From contig NW_024704758.1 in NCBI RefSeq assembly GCF_018977255.1, positions 3,906,001-3,970,000 on the forward strand: a DNA stretch of 64,000 bases, given 5' to 3'. The DNA comes from Callorhinchus milii. Its lineage: Eukaryota. Under the pieces are notes generated by a model that was not told where the DNA came from, ran no database searches, and worked only from the letters and a program-made list of their open reading frames with translations. Shown here in pieces: positions 36,680 through 47,655 of this stretch. Made by a program: the position numbers and the translations under genes. Numbering within the stretch: the stretch's first letter is position 1; every line of letters starts with the position of its first letter.

Positions 36680-37410
36680 CCTACCCTCGCCCGGCTCCCC
36701 ATCCCCCAGAGGAGTTCAAAATCCTTCATGGCCCTCTGTGACCTTGCTCCTGCTTACATCTGACCTGCTAATCCCATATTAACCTGTCCACTCAGCAGGC
36801 TCCGGCTTGTTCCATGTCCCCCGCCCAGCACGCCCCACCATCGGCAGTCAGGCCTCCAGCCTCTCTGCCCCCGCCCTTTGGATAATAATAATAATAATAA
36901 TCCTTGCATTTGATATAGCGCTTTTCATGTCAGGAGGACGTCCCAAAGCGCTTCACACAATACACTGTAAAGTGAATTGACTGTATATTTGTGGGCGAAC
37001 GCGGCAGCCAATTGCGCACAGCAATGTCCCACAAACAGCCGTGGATTGAAAATGACCAATTTATTATTGTTTTTGGTTTTGGAGGGATTATTATTAGGCT
37101 CTGTGTGGAGTAAGGAAACTTGCTCAAGGTTTCTCCCTCTGCCTGGAATTGAACTCAGGTCTCTCACTTGCGAAGCGAGTGCTCTAACCACTGAGCTGCA
37201 GGATCTCTATTCCACAGGCCCTGCAGGTCTCGCTCCCTCCCTTTGCCTCCTTCAGGGTCTGTCTCAAGACCCTCCTATTGGACTGCGCCTGAGGCCACTC
37301 TGGTACCTCTGCCCTCCCTGATCCTGTCCACCCTTCCCCAGCTCGGGTCCCCATCCCTGTCTGTCCAGCGCCTTGGGACGTCCTCCCGACGTGAAAGGCG
37401 TTGTGCAAAT
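36680..37410 (+). mobile_element. L2 LINE 3' fragment split by a young SINE
   Basis: L2-like sequence at 36680-36881 resumes at 37208 and ends in the cagcgccttgggacgtcctcccgacgtgaaaggcg tail. Confidence 0.75.
36882..37207 (-). mobile_element. young full-length tRNA-derived SINE
   Basis: Reverse complement of the 19764 family. Confidence 0.92.
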
Positions 37411-37439
37411 GTAATTTTGCATTGTGACCCCTGAGCCAC

Positions 37440-37585
37440 AGCAACGCGACACGAACCCACGTCCATCGGCGCGTCTCCGGAGAGGAGGCTGGTGCTGAGG
37501 CTCGTAACCAGGAAGTGACGTCACGACGCGGAGCGCCCCGCCCCCGTTACCAGGAAGTGAGGTCAACCGTAGTTATGGTGACAAA
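37440..37585 (+). promoter_or_regulatory. TMEM216 promoter with duplicated ETS-CRE-like motifs
   Basis: ACCAGGAAGTGACGTCA (about 37507-37523) and ACCAGGAAGTGAGGTCA (about 37549-37565) in a CpG-rich patch just upstream of the ATG. Confidence 0.65.
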
Positions 37586-40500
37586 ATGGTGAGGAAAGGT
37601 GAGTGAGGGAATGTCTGAACGGTGATTTTATTACACGGGAGACCCACACCCCAACCCCCCCCACCCCCCCCACACCCCAACCCCCCCACCACCCCACCCC
37701 CCCCACCACACCCCAACCCCCCACCCGCCACCACCACACCCCACCCCCCCCACCCCACACAGAGGGCTCAACCCCACCCCCCCCACCCCACACCCCCCAC
37801 CCCAACCCCCCCACCCCACACAGAGGGCTCAACCCCACACCCCCCCACCCCAACCCCCCCCACCCCACACAGAGGGGCTCAACCCCATACCCCCCCCACA
37901 CCCCACACCCCCCCACCCCAACCCCCCCACCCCACACAGAGGGCTCAACCCCACACCCCCCACCCCCACCCCCCCACCCCACACAGAGGGGCTCAACCCC
38001 CCACCCCACACCCCCCACCCCACACAGAGGGGCTCAACCCCATACCCCCCCCACCCCCCCCCACCCCACACAGAGGGGCTCAACCCCAACCCCCCACACC
38101 CCACACCCCCCCCCCCAACCCCCCACCCCACACAGAGGGGCTCAACCCCATACCCCCCCACACCCCACCCCCCCCCCACCCCCCCCACCCCACACAGAGG
38201 GGCTCAACCCCATACCCCCCCCACACCCACACCCCCCCACCCCAACCCCCCACCCCACACAGAGGGGCTCAACCCCACACCCCCCACACCCCACACCCCC
38301 CACCCCAACCCCCCACCCCACACAGAGGGGCTCAACCCCATACCCCCCCCACCCCAACCCCCCCACCCCACACAGAGGGGCTCAACCCCATACCCCCCCA
38401 CACCCCCCCACCCCAACCCCCCCACCCCACACAGAGGGCTCAACCCCATACCCCCCCACACCCCACCCCCCCCACCCCAACCCCCCACCCCACACAGGGG
38501 CCCACCCCAACCCCCACACCCCAGCCCCACCCCCCCCCCCCCCCCCCCACCCAGCCCCACACCCCCCCCCCCCCCACACCCCACCCCACATCCCAACCCC
38601 CCACCCCAGCCCCACACAGAGGGGCTCAGCCCTGCCCCAGCCCCACACAGAGGGGCTCACCCCCTCCCCCACACACAGAGGGAGTCAGCCCAACCCCAGC
38701 CTCACACAGGGGGGCTCAGCCCCACATGGGGGCTCAGCCCACCCCAGCCCCACACAGGGGGTTTCAGAACCTCCAAAAACTCTGACACAGGGTTTCAGCA
38801 CCTTATCAGCTCGGTACATTACAGCAGCCACTAACATAGATTTCCTTGTGTTGCAGGAAACTCTATTCCAGTTGTATCCTTTTGTAAACTGAAGATGGTC
38901 CACGATTATAATAATCCTTACATTTGATATAGCGCCTTATCCACTAGTCAAGGCGTGTCAAAGTGCTTCTCAGAATATACTGTAAAGTAGATTGACTGTG
39001 TATTTTGGGAGGCGAAACAAATTTACTTGAGTGCGGGGGTAGTGGGGGTGGGGGAGAGAGAGGAGAGGATTACATATTGCCATCTCCCAGCTCCTTAATC
39101 TGCTAAATCAGGACAGACCAGGGATGAAATCTGGGACCTTTCCTGGCTGTGTTATCCTAACTACTCCCTGGGTAAACTTGCCAGGTCAGCAGAGAAGTGA
39201 ATCAGATTTTGTATATGTGGCATTTCCTTCACGCTTTGCCCTCAGCTTTCCTTGATGCCCCTGGAAGTCCTGTTGTTTCTGAACAGCTGGTACTATGCTG
39301 TGTACTTTGTGGCAGAGATCCTCCTCTTCATATACAAAAGTCAGATTCCACTTGGTTTTCTGTGGTTTAGTATTTAACTCCTTACTTTGAATGTTTACAG
39401 TGTTTAATAACAGGTGATGCAGAAACAAGATGCATTTAAAACAAAATCCCGAGGCAGAGAGCAGGGACGATTGTCGCTAGTTATAATAATCATTGTTGCT
39501 TTTGGTCCTGTAATGGAAAAATAGTAATAATAATAACCCTTGCATTTGATATAGCGCCTTATCACATCTGTGAGACGTCTCAAAGTGCTTCACAGAACAT
39601 ACTATAAAGTGAATTGACTGTGTATTTTGTGGGTGAAATGGGGCAGCCAATTGCACACGGCAGCATCCCACAAACAGTCGTGCATTGAAGTGACCAATTT
39701 ATTATTTTTTTTAAGGGATTGTTACCCCCTCAAAGCGCTTCACAGGGAATTATTGTCAGGTATAGTAACTGTGGATTTGTAAGCACCGTGCAGTATCCTG
39801 CAGACTGACATCTGAGGGATTGTTGGCCAGGACACCGGGAGAAATGCTCCTCTCTTTTCCACGGGATCTTTAATATCCACCTATCCACCTGAACAGGCAC
39901 CTCGGTTTAATGTCTCATATTCAAAAAACAGTTCTTCCAACAAAGCACCCCCACCCCCAACAGCACTGTACTGGAGCATCAGCCTGACTGTGAGCTAAAA
40001 CGCCTTGATATGGCACATGTTTGTCCCTGGACAATGCAAGTCCGTAGCCTAATGCATCCCATCCAGCGCCTTGGGACGTCCTCCTGACGTGGAAGGAGCT
40101 TTACAAATGTAATTTTGTATTGTATGGTATCCCACCATCACCCTATGTTTGAATGGGTGTACGTGACTCCTGGAATGAACCCGGATGGAATCATTTATTC
40201 CCTCCTCAGGATACTTTGCCCACTTCCTATCACTGCCTTCAGATTAAGAAACACAGCCTATATCTTAGAGGTCTGCTCTTATCCTACATCAGCAATGTTC
40301 CTGTGTGTAATCCAGTAGGGCTGATATTGCCTACACCAGTAATGTTCCTGTGTGCATTGTAGGTCTGCTCTTACCCTATGTATCTCCAAACCTGACTCTG
40401 GACCTGGTGATGCTCTTCCTGTTTCTTGGAATTGAAGTAATAAGAATATTCTTTGGTAAGTGGTTTCATTCTTCTATATTAATCCCCGGAGAAGCAAATA

Positions 40501-43048
40501 TTTTCCCACGTGGGCTGTAATTATCCATAGTTTACGAGTCTTGATTGTCAGCGACAACAACAAACAAATTGTCTTTCACATTGGGAGGACCTCCCAAGGC
40601 GCTGAACAGTTGAGGGTTTGCACCTGAGCTGAGGGTTGAATTCAAGAGGGATGGGAGCAAGGTGGTTAGTGGTAGGAAGATGACCAAAGTCGCAGTTGAA
40701 GAGGAGAGTCTTGAGGTGGGCCTTGAAGGAGGCAAGAGACGGGGAGAGGTGAAGGGACTCCTCAATGGAGTTCCAGAGGGCGGGGGCAGAAAGGTTGAAG
40801 ATCCGATCACCAATGGTGAAGTGGGTAGGATGGGGGACATGCCCACTGAGTGGATGGAGCGAGCGGGATGGTACGGTTTTAGCAAGTCCCAGAGGTAGGG
40901 AAGAGCAAGACCGTACAGAGCAGCGTGTATAAAAACATTGATGTTAAGTTGTAAATGTTTATGAGTCACAGAGAGCTGGCTGTTGCTGCCTGACGTAGGC
41001 CACTGTTGTCACTGACATGGTCACTGTCTGGCCTCACATGAACACTGTCACTTGGGCAAGGCACCGGCTCCCGTATCCCAGTCAGCAGCTTCTCCCAGGA
41101 TAGCAAGATGGGATTTGGGGAATAGAAATAAATCCTGAGTTCAGAATAAGTTTTATTGGATCATGGCTGATCTGTACCTCAACTCCATTTACTCGCCTGT
41201 GATATTTGAAGCGCTCCAGGACGCTACTCTGAGTGAAGGGCACTATAAAATACAAGTGTTGTTATTGATATGCTTACCTAGCAAAAATCTATCAACCTCG
41301 TTCTTGAAAATTTGAATGGATCCATCAACCACAGCCTTTTGGGGTAGAGTTCCAGATTTCCATTCCCCTTTTTAGTGAAAAAGTGCTTCTTGATTTCACT
41401 CCTAAATGGTCTAGCTCTGATTTTAAGATGATGCTACTTTGTTCTGGATTCCCCACCAAAGGAAATAGTTTTTCTGTAGCTACCCTATCAAATCCCTTTA
41501 TCATTTTTAACACCTGCCTTGTGTCTCTCGACAACAGCACTGCTGCACATGAGCTCCCATTCCATTGAACTCTATGAACCAATGATAGGGACCAGTGCAG
41601 TTTGTTCTTAAGGCATCTAATGACTCTGTTTTCTCTACCACAGGGTCCAAGGGGAATCTGTGCCAGCGGAAGTTGCCTCTGTCGATCAGCCTGGGGCTGC
41701 TCGCTCCATCTGCATTGATGGCCGTGTATTACATGCTGCTGCAGACCTACGTTCTGAGGGTAGAGCTGATCATTAATGCTATCCTGCTGGTCTTTTATGT
41801 CTTAGAACTGATTCTGGTGCTGGTGGCTTTGATAAGCTTCTCAAGGTGAGAACAGTATTGATGCTCACGGCTAGCTTGCCTTTCCCAGAGCAAGACATCT
41901 CCCAAGTGTAAATACGAGTGATCTGACCGCGATGACAGGCCTGACTGTGCTCTGTGCAGGGTGGGGACCGGCTCTCATCGTCGGCATCTCTTGTTGGTCT
42001 GGCTCAGTCAGTCCAGTTGTCAGTGGTGGAGGTTTGGGAGTCCCATTGCACACATGGCTACACTCCTGTCAGGCTTCACAGTGGCGGAGTCTGACAACGA
42101 GCTGAGAGGGAGAGGGGAGGTGATCATAGGCACAATCAAAGGAAGGTCTTTAGGCGGGTTTACTCAAATGCACTTCTCCTCGCCGGTCTACCCAACTCCA
42201 CTATTCAAAAAAATCCAGCTCATTCGGAACTCTGCTGCCTGCATACTTACCCAGACCAAACTCCGTACCCCCATCTCACCAGTTCTGGCCAGGCTCCACT
42301 GACTCCCCATCACCAAACGAATCAACATCAAGATCCTCACACTGGTGTTCAAATCCCTTCACTCCCTGGCATCTCCTGACTTCTCCGACCTCCTCATTCC
42401 CCAATCCACCACCCAGCACCTCCGCTCCACTGGCACCGGTCTCCTGCTTGTCCCTTGCCCCCTCTGCTCCACTTTCAGCCACTACACCTCGAAACTCCTG
42501 GAATACTCCCTCAATCTCTCCACTTTGCTCCCTCTCTCCCCTTTTTCAAGTCCCAACTTAAAACCTTCCTTTTCGACCGTGCTTATGGTCACCTCACCCC
42601 CACCATACTCAGAGCCAGGTTCAGCCACTGTTAAGCACTCTGAGACACTACCCTGCATGGAGGACGCTATATAAGTGCAAGTTGTTGCTGTCGATTTGAA
42701 GGTGGGGAGGGACAGAGCAAGGCGGAATGATCGAAGGAAAGTATCAGGAAGTTTTGGGACATGAACCGTCCCATTCCTGGCTCAGTGCCACACTAAGCAC
42801 TGTTTTACCATTGAGCTGTTGTGCGGGGGAGATAGTGAATGGTTTTCCACTTTTGTCCAGCTTCAAGCATTGGATGGATGAAGAGAAGACTATACGTACT
42901 GTGCCTTTGGCAAAGTGTGCGCAGCCTTAGTGAATAATAGAGCAGTAACAGTCACCAGCCACCTGTGAGAATGAGATTTGATTTTGATTTGATTCACATT
43001 CTCATTTGATGTTATTTTTGTTTCCTCAGTGTCGTAGTCTATGACTGA
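37586..43048 (+). CDS. TMEM216: transmembrane protein 216 (ciliary transition zone), 145 aa
   Basis: Join 37586-37598, 38857-38873 (17-nt micro-exon), 39246-39339, 40363-40455, 41644-41845, 43030-43048 (438 nt). Translation MVRKGNSIPVLSLMPLEVLLFLNSWYYAVYF...GIEVIRIFFGSKGNLCQRKLPLSISL...LLQTYVLR...FSSVVVYD. The motif KGNLCQR distinguishes it from TMEM80. Intron 2 is U12-type. Confidence 0.9.
37640..38760. repeat. C-rich (G-rich on -) minisatellite in TMEM216 intron 1
   Basis: Repeated core ccccacacagaggggctcaacccc separated by variable C/A tracts, degenerating towards 38760. Confidence 0.92.
40555..40950 (-). mobile_element. L2 LINE 3' fragment
   Basis: Degenerate copy of the 525-965 element. 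Confidence 0.7.
41150..41520 (-). mobile_element. CR1 3' fragment
   Basis: Peptide KMIKGFDRVATEKLFPLVG and a CR1-like 3' region. Confidence 0.65.
42180..42690 (+). mobile_element. L2 LINE 3' fragment
   Basis: Peptides KIQLIRNSAACILT...ISPVLARLH and FKSLHSLASPDFSDLL, followed by an L2-type tail. Confidence 0.78.
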
Positions 43049-43574
43049 TGGTCTGGAATTTCAGGCGGTAGCCCACCTGCTGGCAGCTGGATCATCTGTG
43101 AACTCCTCAACACAGTAACAATCCCTGTGTTTGATACAGCACTTTATCACACCGAAACCTCTTAAACTGGCAAAACACTAAGAGTTACTCTTAAATGTAG
43201 TGACTTATCTTGGCAAATCGTGGCTACTACCTGAGGCCGGCGATGAGATGAAGCTTTTTAGTGGGTGGGGCGGTGGATAAGGAAGGAATACTGGGTGAAA
43301 CGCTTCCAGTTCGTGCCATAGGACCTTTAACATCCTCCAGAACCAGCAGACAGGACCTCAATTTAACATCTCATCCCTACAGGACATCATCGCTGAACGA
43401 ACGAGATGTCGATCACAGCAGGTCCTGAAGTCACTTTTTAAACTACCTGCAATAACAGAAAATTCTATATTTTGTAAGAGTATTTATCATGTTTGTATCC
43501 CATTATTTTTTTGTACTTTTACTGTTGATCAGCTCGGGATGTTTCTGCCCAGCAGAATTACGATCGATTCGAAA

Positions 43575-43580
43575 AATAAA
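43575..43580 (+). terminator. candidate TMEM216 polyadenylation signal (AATAAA)
   Basis: AATAAA about 530 nt after the stop codon and immediately before the TMEM80 promoter. Confidence 0.55.
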
Positions 43581-43853
43581 ACAAGTGCAAAGTTTTAATT
43601 GCAGTGAAGGTCAAAGCGATGTTTTAATGAATAATCTGAGAAAATCACATCAGTGAGGCTGGGGAGGGGTGTGTGTGTGTGTGTGTGTTGGGGTACTTGC
43701 TGCTTGTACTCATCAGATGCGATAGGGGGAACCTCTTACTGGAGGACCGGTGCTGTTCCAGCTCAACGCAGCCACGTGGGGCTCCGCTTGTCTCATGTGG
43801 TGACCTCCTTGGCGGATGGTCGCGCGCGGGGAGGTTTGCTGCTGCAGGACAAG

Positions 43854-46800
43854 ATGGCGGCGAGGCGAGGTGAGGAGGACGCGTTGCTATGGTTCCCACT
43901 CCTCGCTGTGGCTGGTTTTCTGGGCTCAGGGATCCCTCCGCACCCCCGGGGAAAGGTTACTCCGGGATCACAGCACGACAAGTTACTGTCCGTCTTTACA
44001 TTTGGGTTTAGAAACCCCTCAAGTCGGGTGAAAACCCTTTTCACGCGGGAAAGCCCATCCCCGTGCTGAAGAGTAATCAAACCCAAGAGCTGAGGATTCA
44101 GTGCGTCTCCACGTGGGAATCCCGGAGATAGGATTGTTGGAATGGAATGTGCACTCTCTTCCTGGAGGGAGGCACTCCTGCTCACCTAACTCCCGAATGT
44201 ATTAGGCACAGGTTGGCCAGAAGCCAAGGCTTGGGGACCCCCCCCCCCCCCCCAGAGTGTGCGTTGCGGCGCAAGTCCCACCGGATAAAACCGCAATAGC
44301 TTGGCCACTGATATCGCTGTCCGGCCAAGCGTTCCCGCTGCTTGTCTTGCGGGGTTAGCAGGTGCTGAGTGGGATGGATCGCTGAAATGGCAAGAGACTG
44401 TAGCTCTGTTTTGGGAGAAATTCCACCGGGCGGGGCCGGACTATGTTTATGTAGCATTTTAGATTGTCTAAACGTTTGGCAAATTTCCTTTCAAGAAATA
44501 ATACAGAAAAACAACTTCAAAGTCGAGACCGTATTCAACAAATTGCTACTTGGAGCAAATTCTGACCACGGTGGAATTTCTCCACACCATACTGTTGTAA
44601 TATGGAACCTTTATAATAATAATAATAATCCTTGCACTTGATACAGCGCTTTCACATTTTCTAGACGTCTCAAGGCGCTTCACAGAATATACTGTAAAGT
44701 GAATTGACTGTATATTTGTGGGCGAAACGCAGCAGCCAATTGCGCACAGCAATGTCCCACAAACAGTCGTGGATTGAAAATGACCAATTTATTATTTTTT
44801 TTGGAGGGATTATTATTAGGCTTTTACAACAAAGAGGGGGTAGGTGAGGAATGAGAGAATGAGGGAACTCTGGCATGTTCTCGTGAGATCACATAGTGCA
44901 TGACCAGCCTTGTAGCACCAGAACCATATACTTAGGAACAGCCTCTCCTCATGGGTAGAAGAAATGATGGGTGAAAATTTGGGGAAAAAATGTTAAGAGA
45001 TACAGAGTGAAATATTTTGCTATCAGTCATATAGTCATTGCTTCCTATTCACAACACACTCAATAGCCTTTAGAATAGGGAGCGCTGAATCAATATTCAG
45101 TCACTGCATATGATATATCAGTAATCGTGGCAGGTATAATAACTAACAGTCTTTGTTTCTGTTCACAGTGACGTTGAAATCTGCTGCTGTCGTATCCTTT
45201 TACATACCAGCTCCCATTGCATACATTTTCAGGAGTTTTCAGCCAATGCAGAGCTACCCTTAAAATCTTAAAATAATTGAATAGAGTCTTGAAGGCTATA
45301 ATGGGGCGGGAGCTGAGGTGAGGGAATGGACGAGGTGGCTTATATAGAGAAAGAATTAGGCCCCCTGTAGGTGTCTCGGTACTTTGCTTCCTGAGCCAGC
45401 TGTACTCCAGGGCACCGATGATGACAGATCAGCTAACCTGGCTCATCAGCAGGACTTTGAGGGGCAGACCAGTCACCGGGATTAGGGATTCCTACCCAGG
45501 CTGCTCCTGTTAACTGCAAGCCAAAACCCCAATGGGTAAAATGGCCTTAGTGGGAATCTTACCAGTGATCACAATCGCAAGCTGCACAATTTTGGCTGGT
45601 TTAACTCCAGCAGTACCCAATACACACTGTGAGCCTTTCCTCTTGCCAACCTAAATTATCTTGGGTAAGTGCATCTTTCTGAAGAGAGAGTCCATACTCC
45701 ATGGCAGACATTGCCTGCCAACACTGACCTGATTTGTGCTATTGTCTGAATGAAGCTAATGGAAAATATACCGGCTTCAGTTCGAAAACCTCATTAGCAC
45801 TTGCAGGGGTAATAATCCACCAAAAACTGGGACTCTCATCAGTTTGGTTTGGACATTCTGAAGCATGGTGATGGGTTTCTGCGTGTGTCAGACCCGGACG
45901 ACTAAAACCAATAAGAAGGATGTTGTTCTACTCGAGGATAGGAACACCAGTGCAGATCTGACCAGCTCCTGAGCTGTAACATTGTAGGATTTACCTCCCA
46001 GGCATTCTCCTTAACCAGCCTCGCTGTAGCTTTCCTCAGTTCCACTACAGATACTTTTTTCTTTCAATGCATTTTATTATACTTTCTACTTCCTTGCCAC
46101 ATTTCTAATGATCATCTACAAAAGTAAGTATCTGGGGGAGAGCTTTGATTCCTGTGAGGTTACAAGACAAGGTTAGTGACCCACTTTGATGTTTCAGGTC
46201 AGGTGTACAGTTTCCCGGATGGTAACTTGGCCCTCGATCTGGTTCTGCTGATGCTTATGGCTGTCGTGGAGATGATGAGACTTTACTTAGGTAAGCTGCT
46301 AAGCGAATAAAGATTGTCCTCTGTGGTCAGAAGGAACGCATGCAGGAAAGTTACACGGTTGGTGGATCTGAAGGTGATCAGATGGACTGAGGTAGAGACT
46401 GCCTAATGGTCCTTTTAAATAATTTGGTCACTCAATCCACGACTGTTTGTGGGACACTGCTGTGCGAAATTGGCTGCTGTGTATCTCCCACAAAATATAC
46501 AGTCAATCCACTTTACAATATATTCTGTGAAGCACTTTCTCAACAAAGTGATAAAGCGCTGTATCAAATGCAAGGATTATAATATTTAATAATCATCCTT
46601 GTATTTGGTATAGCGCCTTATCATGTCTTTGAGATGTCTCAAAGCGCTTCACAGAATATATTGTAAAGTGAATTGACTGTATATTTTGTGGGTGAAATTT
46701 AAACTGGGTGTGACAATTGGAACATGATCTTCTCTGCTACAAATTTATAACTGGATGAAAACTAACTTCTTACGCTCAAAAGACCATTGTTTCAGTTGCT

Positions 46801-47327
46801 TTCTGAGGTTCCTTTCAGAACAAAGCCTGAACGCTTTTATTTGCCGTATTTTGCTGTAATCAACAACAGTGAAGCAATTGGTAGTCCTCTCACCTCTGAG
46901 TCAGAAGGTTGTGGGTTCAAGCCCCACATCGGGACTGGAATCACATTGTCTAAGATGACACTTCAATGTTACGTACTTGTGCAAATGTGTTAGATCTCAA
47001 ACACTGCTGTTCGTTCTGGCTCTGCTGGTGCTTACGGCGGTCATAGAGATGATGAGGCTTTACTTAGGTAAGCTACAAAGTGAATTAAGATTGCTCTGGA
47101 TTGATTGCACACCTTTTGCAGGTGTTAAAGGTAATCTGACAGAAAATGAGATTTCGATGGGCTCGAGCCTGGGGCTGACAGTGGGCAGTGTACTGCTGTG
47201 TCTGTACTTCCTCTTGTGGCAGACATATGTGCTGAAGGCAGACACCATCATTGGCGCTGTCCTCCTGCTGCTCTATGCATTCGAGGGCGTTTTGGACATT
47301 GTTGTGATAGCAGATTTCGTCAGGTAA
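43854..47327 (+). CDS. TMEM80: transmembrane protein 80 (TMEM216/TMEM17 family paralogue), 143 aa
   Basis: Join 43854-43869, 45169-45191 (23-nt micro-exon), 46030-46123, 46198-46290, 47122-47327 (432 nt). Translation [23 protein letters not shown]...[19 protein letters not shown]...[12 protein letters not shown]...[11 protein letters not shown]...ADFVR*. The motifs LSSVPLQ, SQV and GNLTE are TMEM80-like. An alternative last exon at 48805-48910 is possible. Confidence 0.88.
44612..44822 (-). mobile_element. 5'-truncated young SINE
   Basis: 3' two-thirds of the 19764 family. A similar truncated copy lies at 32697-32932(+). Confidence 0.85.
45380..45910 (+). repeat. unclassified interspersed repeat (copy 3), inside the TMEM80 U12 intron
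   Basis: Collinear with 15590-16005. Confidence 0.7.
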
Positions 47328-47336
47328 GTGGTTTAT

Positions 47337-47655
47337 GTGGAGTCCTGTAGCTCAGTGGTTAGAGCACTCGCTTTGCAAACGAGAGACCTGAGTTCACTTC
47401 CAGTCAGAGGGCGAAACCTTGGGCAAGTTTCCTTACTCCACACAGAGCCTAATAATAATCCCTCCAAAACCAAAAACAATAATAAATTGGTCATTTTCAA
47501 TCTACGACTGTTTGTGGGACATTGCTGTGCGCAATTGGCTGCCGCGTTCGCCCTCAAATATAGTCAATTCACTTTACAGTGTGTTCTGTGAAGTGCTTTG
47601 GGACGTCCTCCCGATGTGAAAAGCGCTATATCCAATGCAAGGATTATTATTATTA
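47337..47655 (+). mobile_element. young full-length tRNA-derived SINE, 10 nt after the TMEM80 stop
   Basis: Nearly identical to 19764-20100; ttatgt occurs at both ends. Confidence 0.92.

Noticed and set aside
37563-38903. Long Pro/His-rich and Gly-rich ORFs (up to 429 aa)
   Set aside because: They are translations of the C-rich minisatellite, open in several frames on both strands, inside TMEM216 intron 1.
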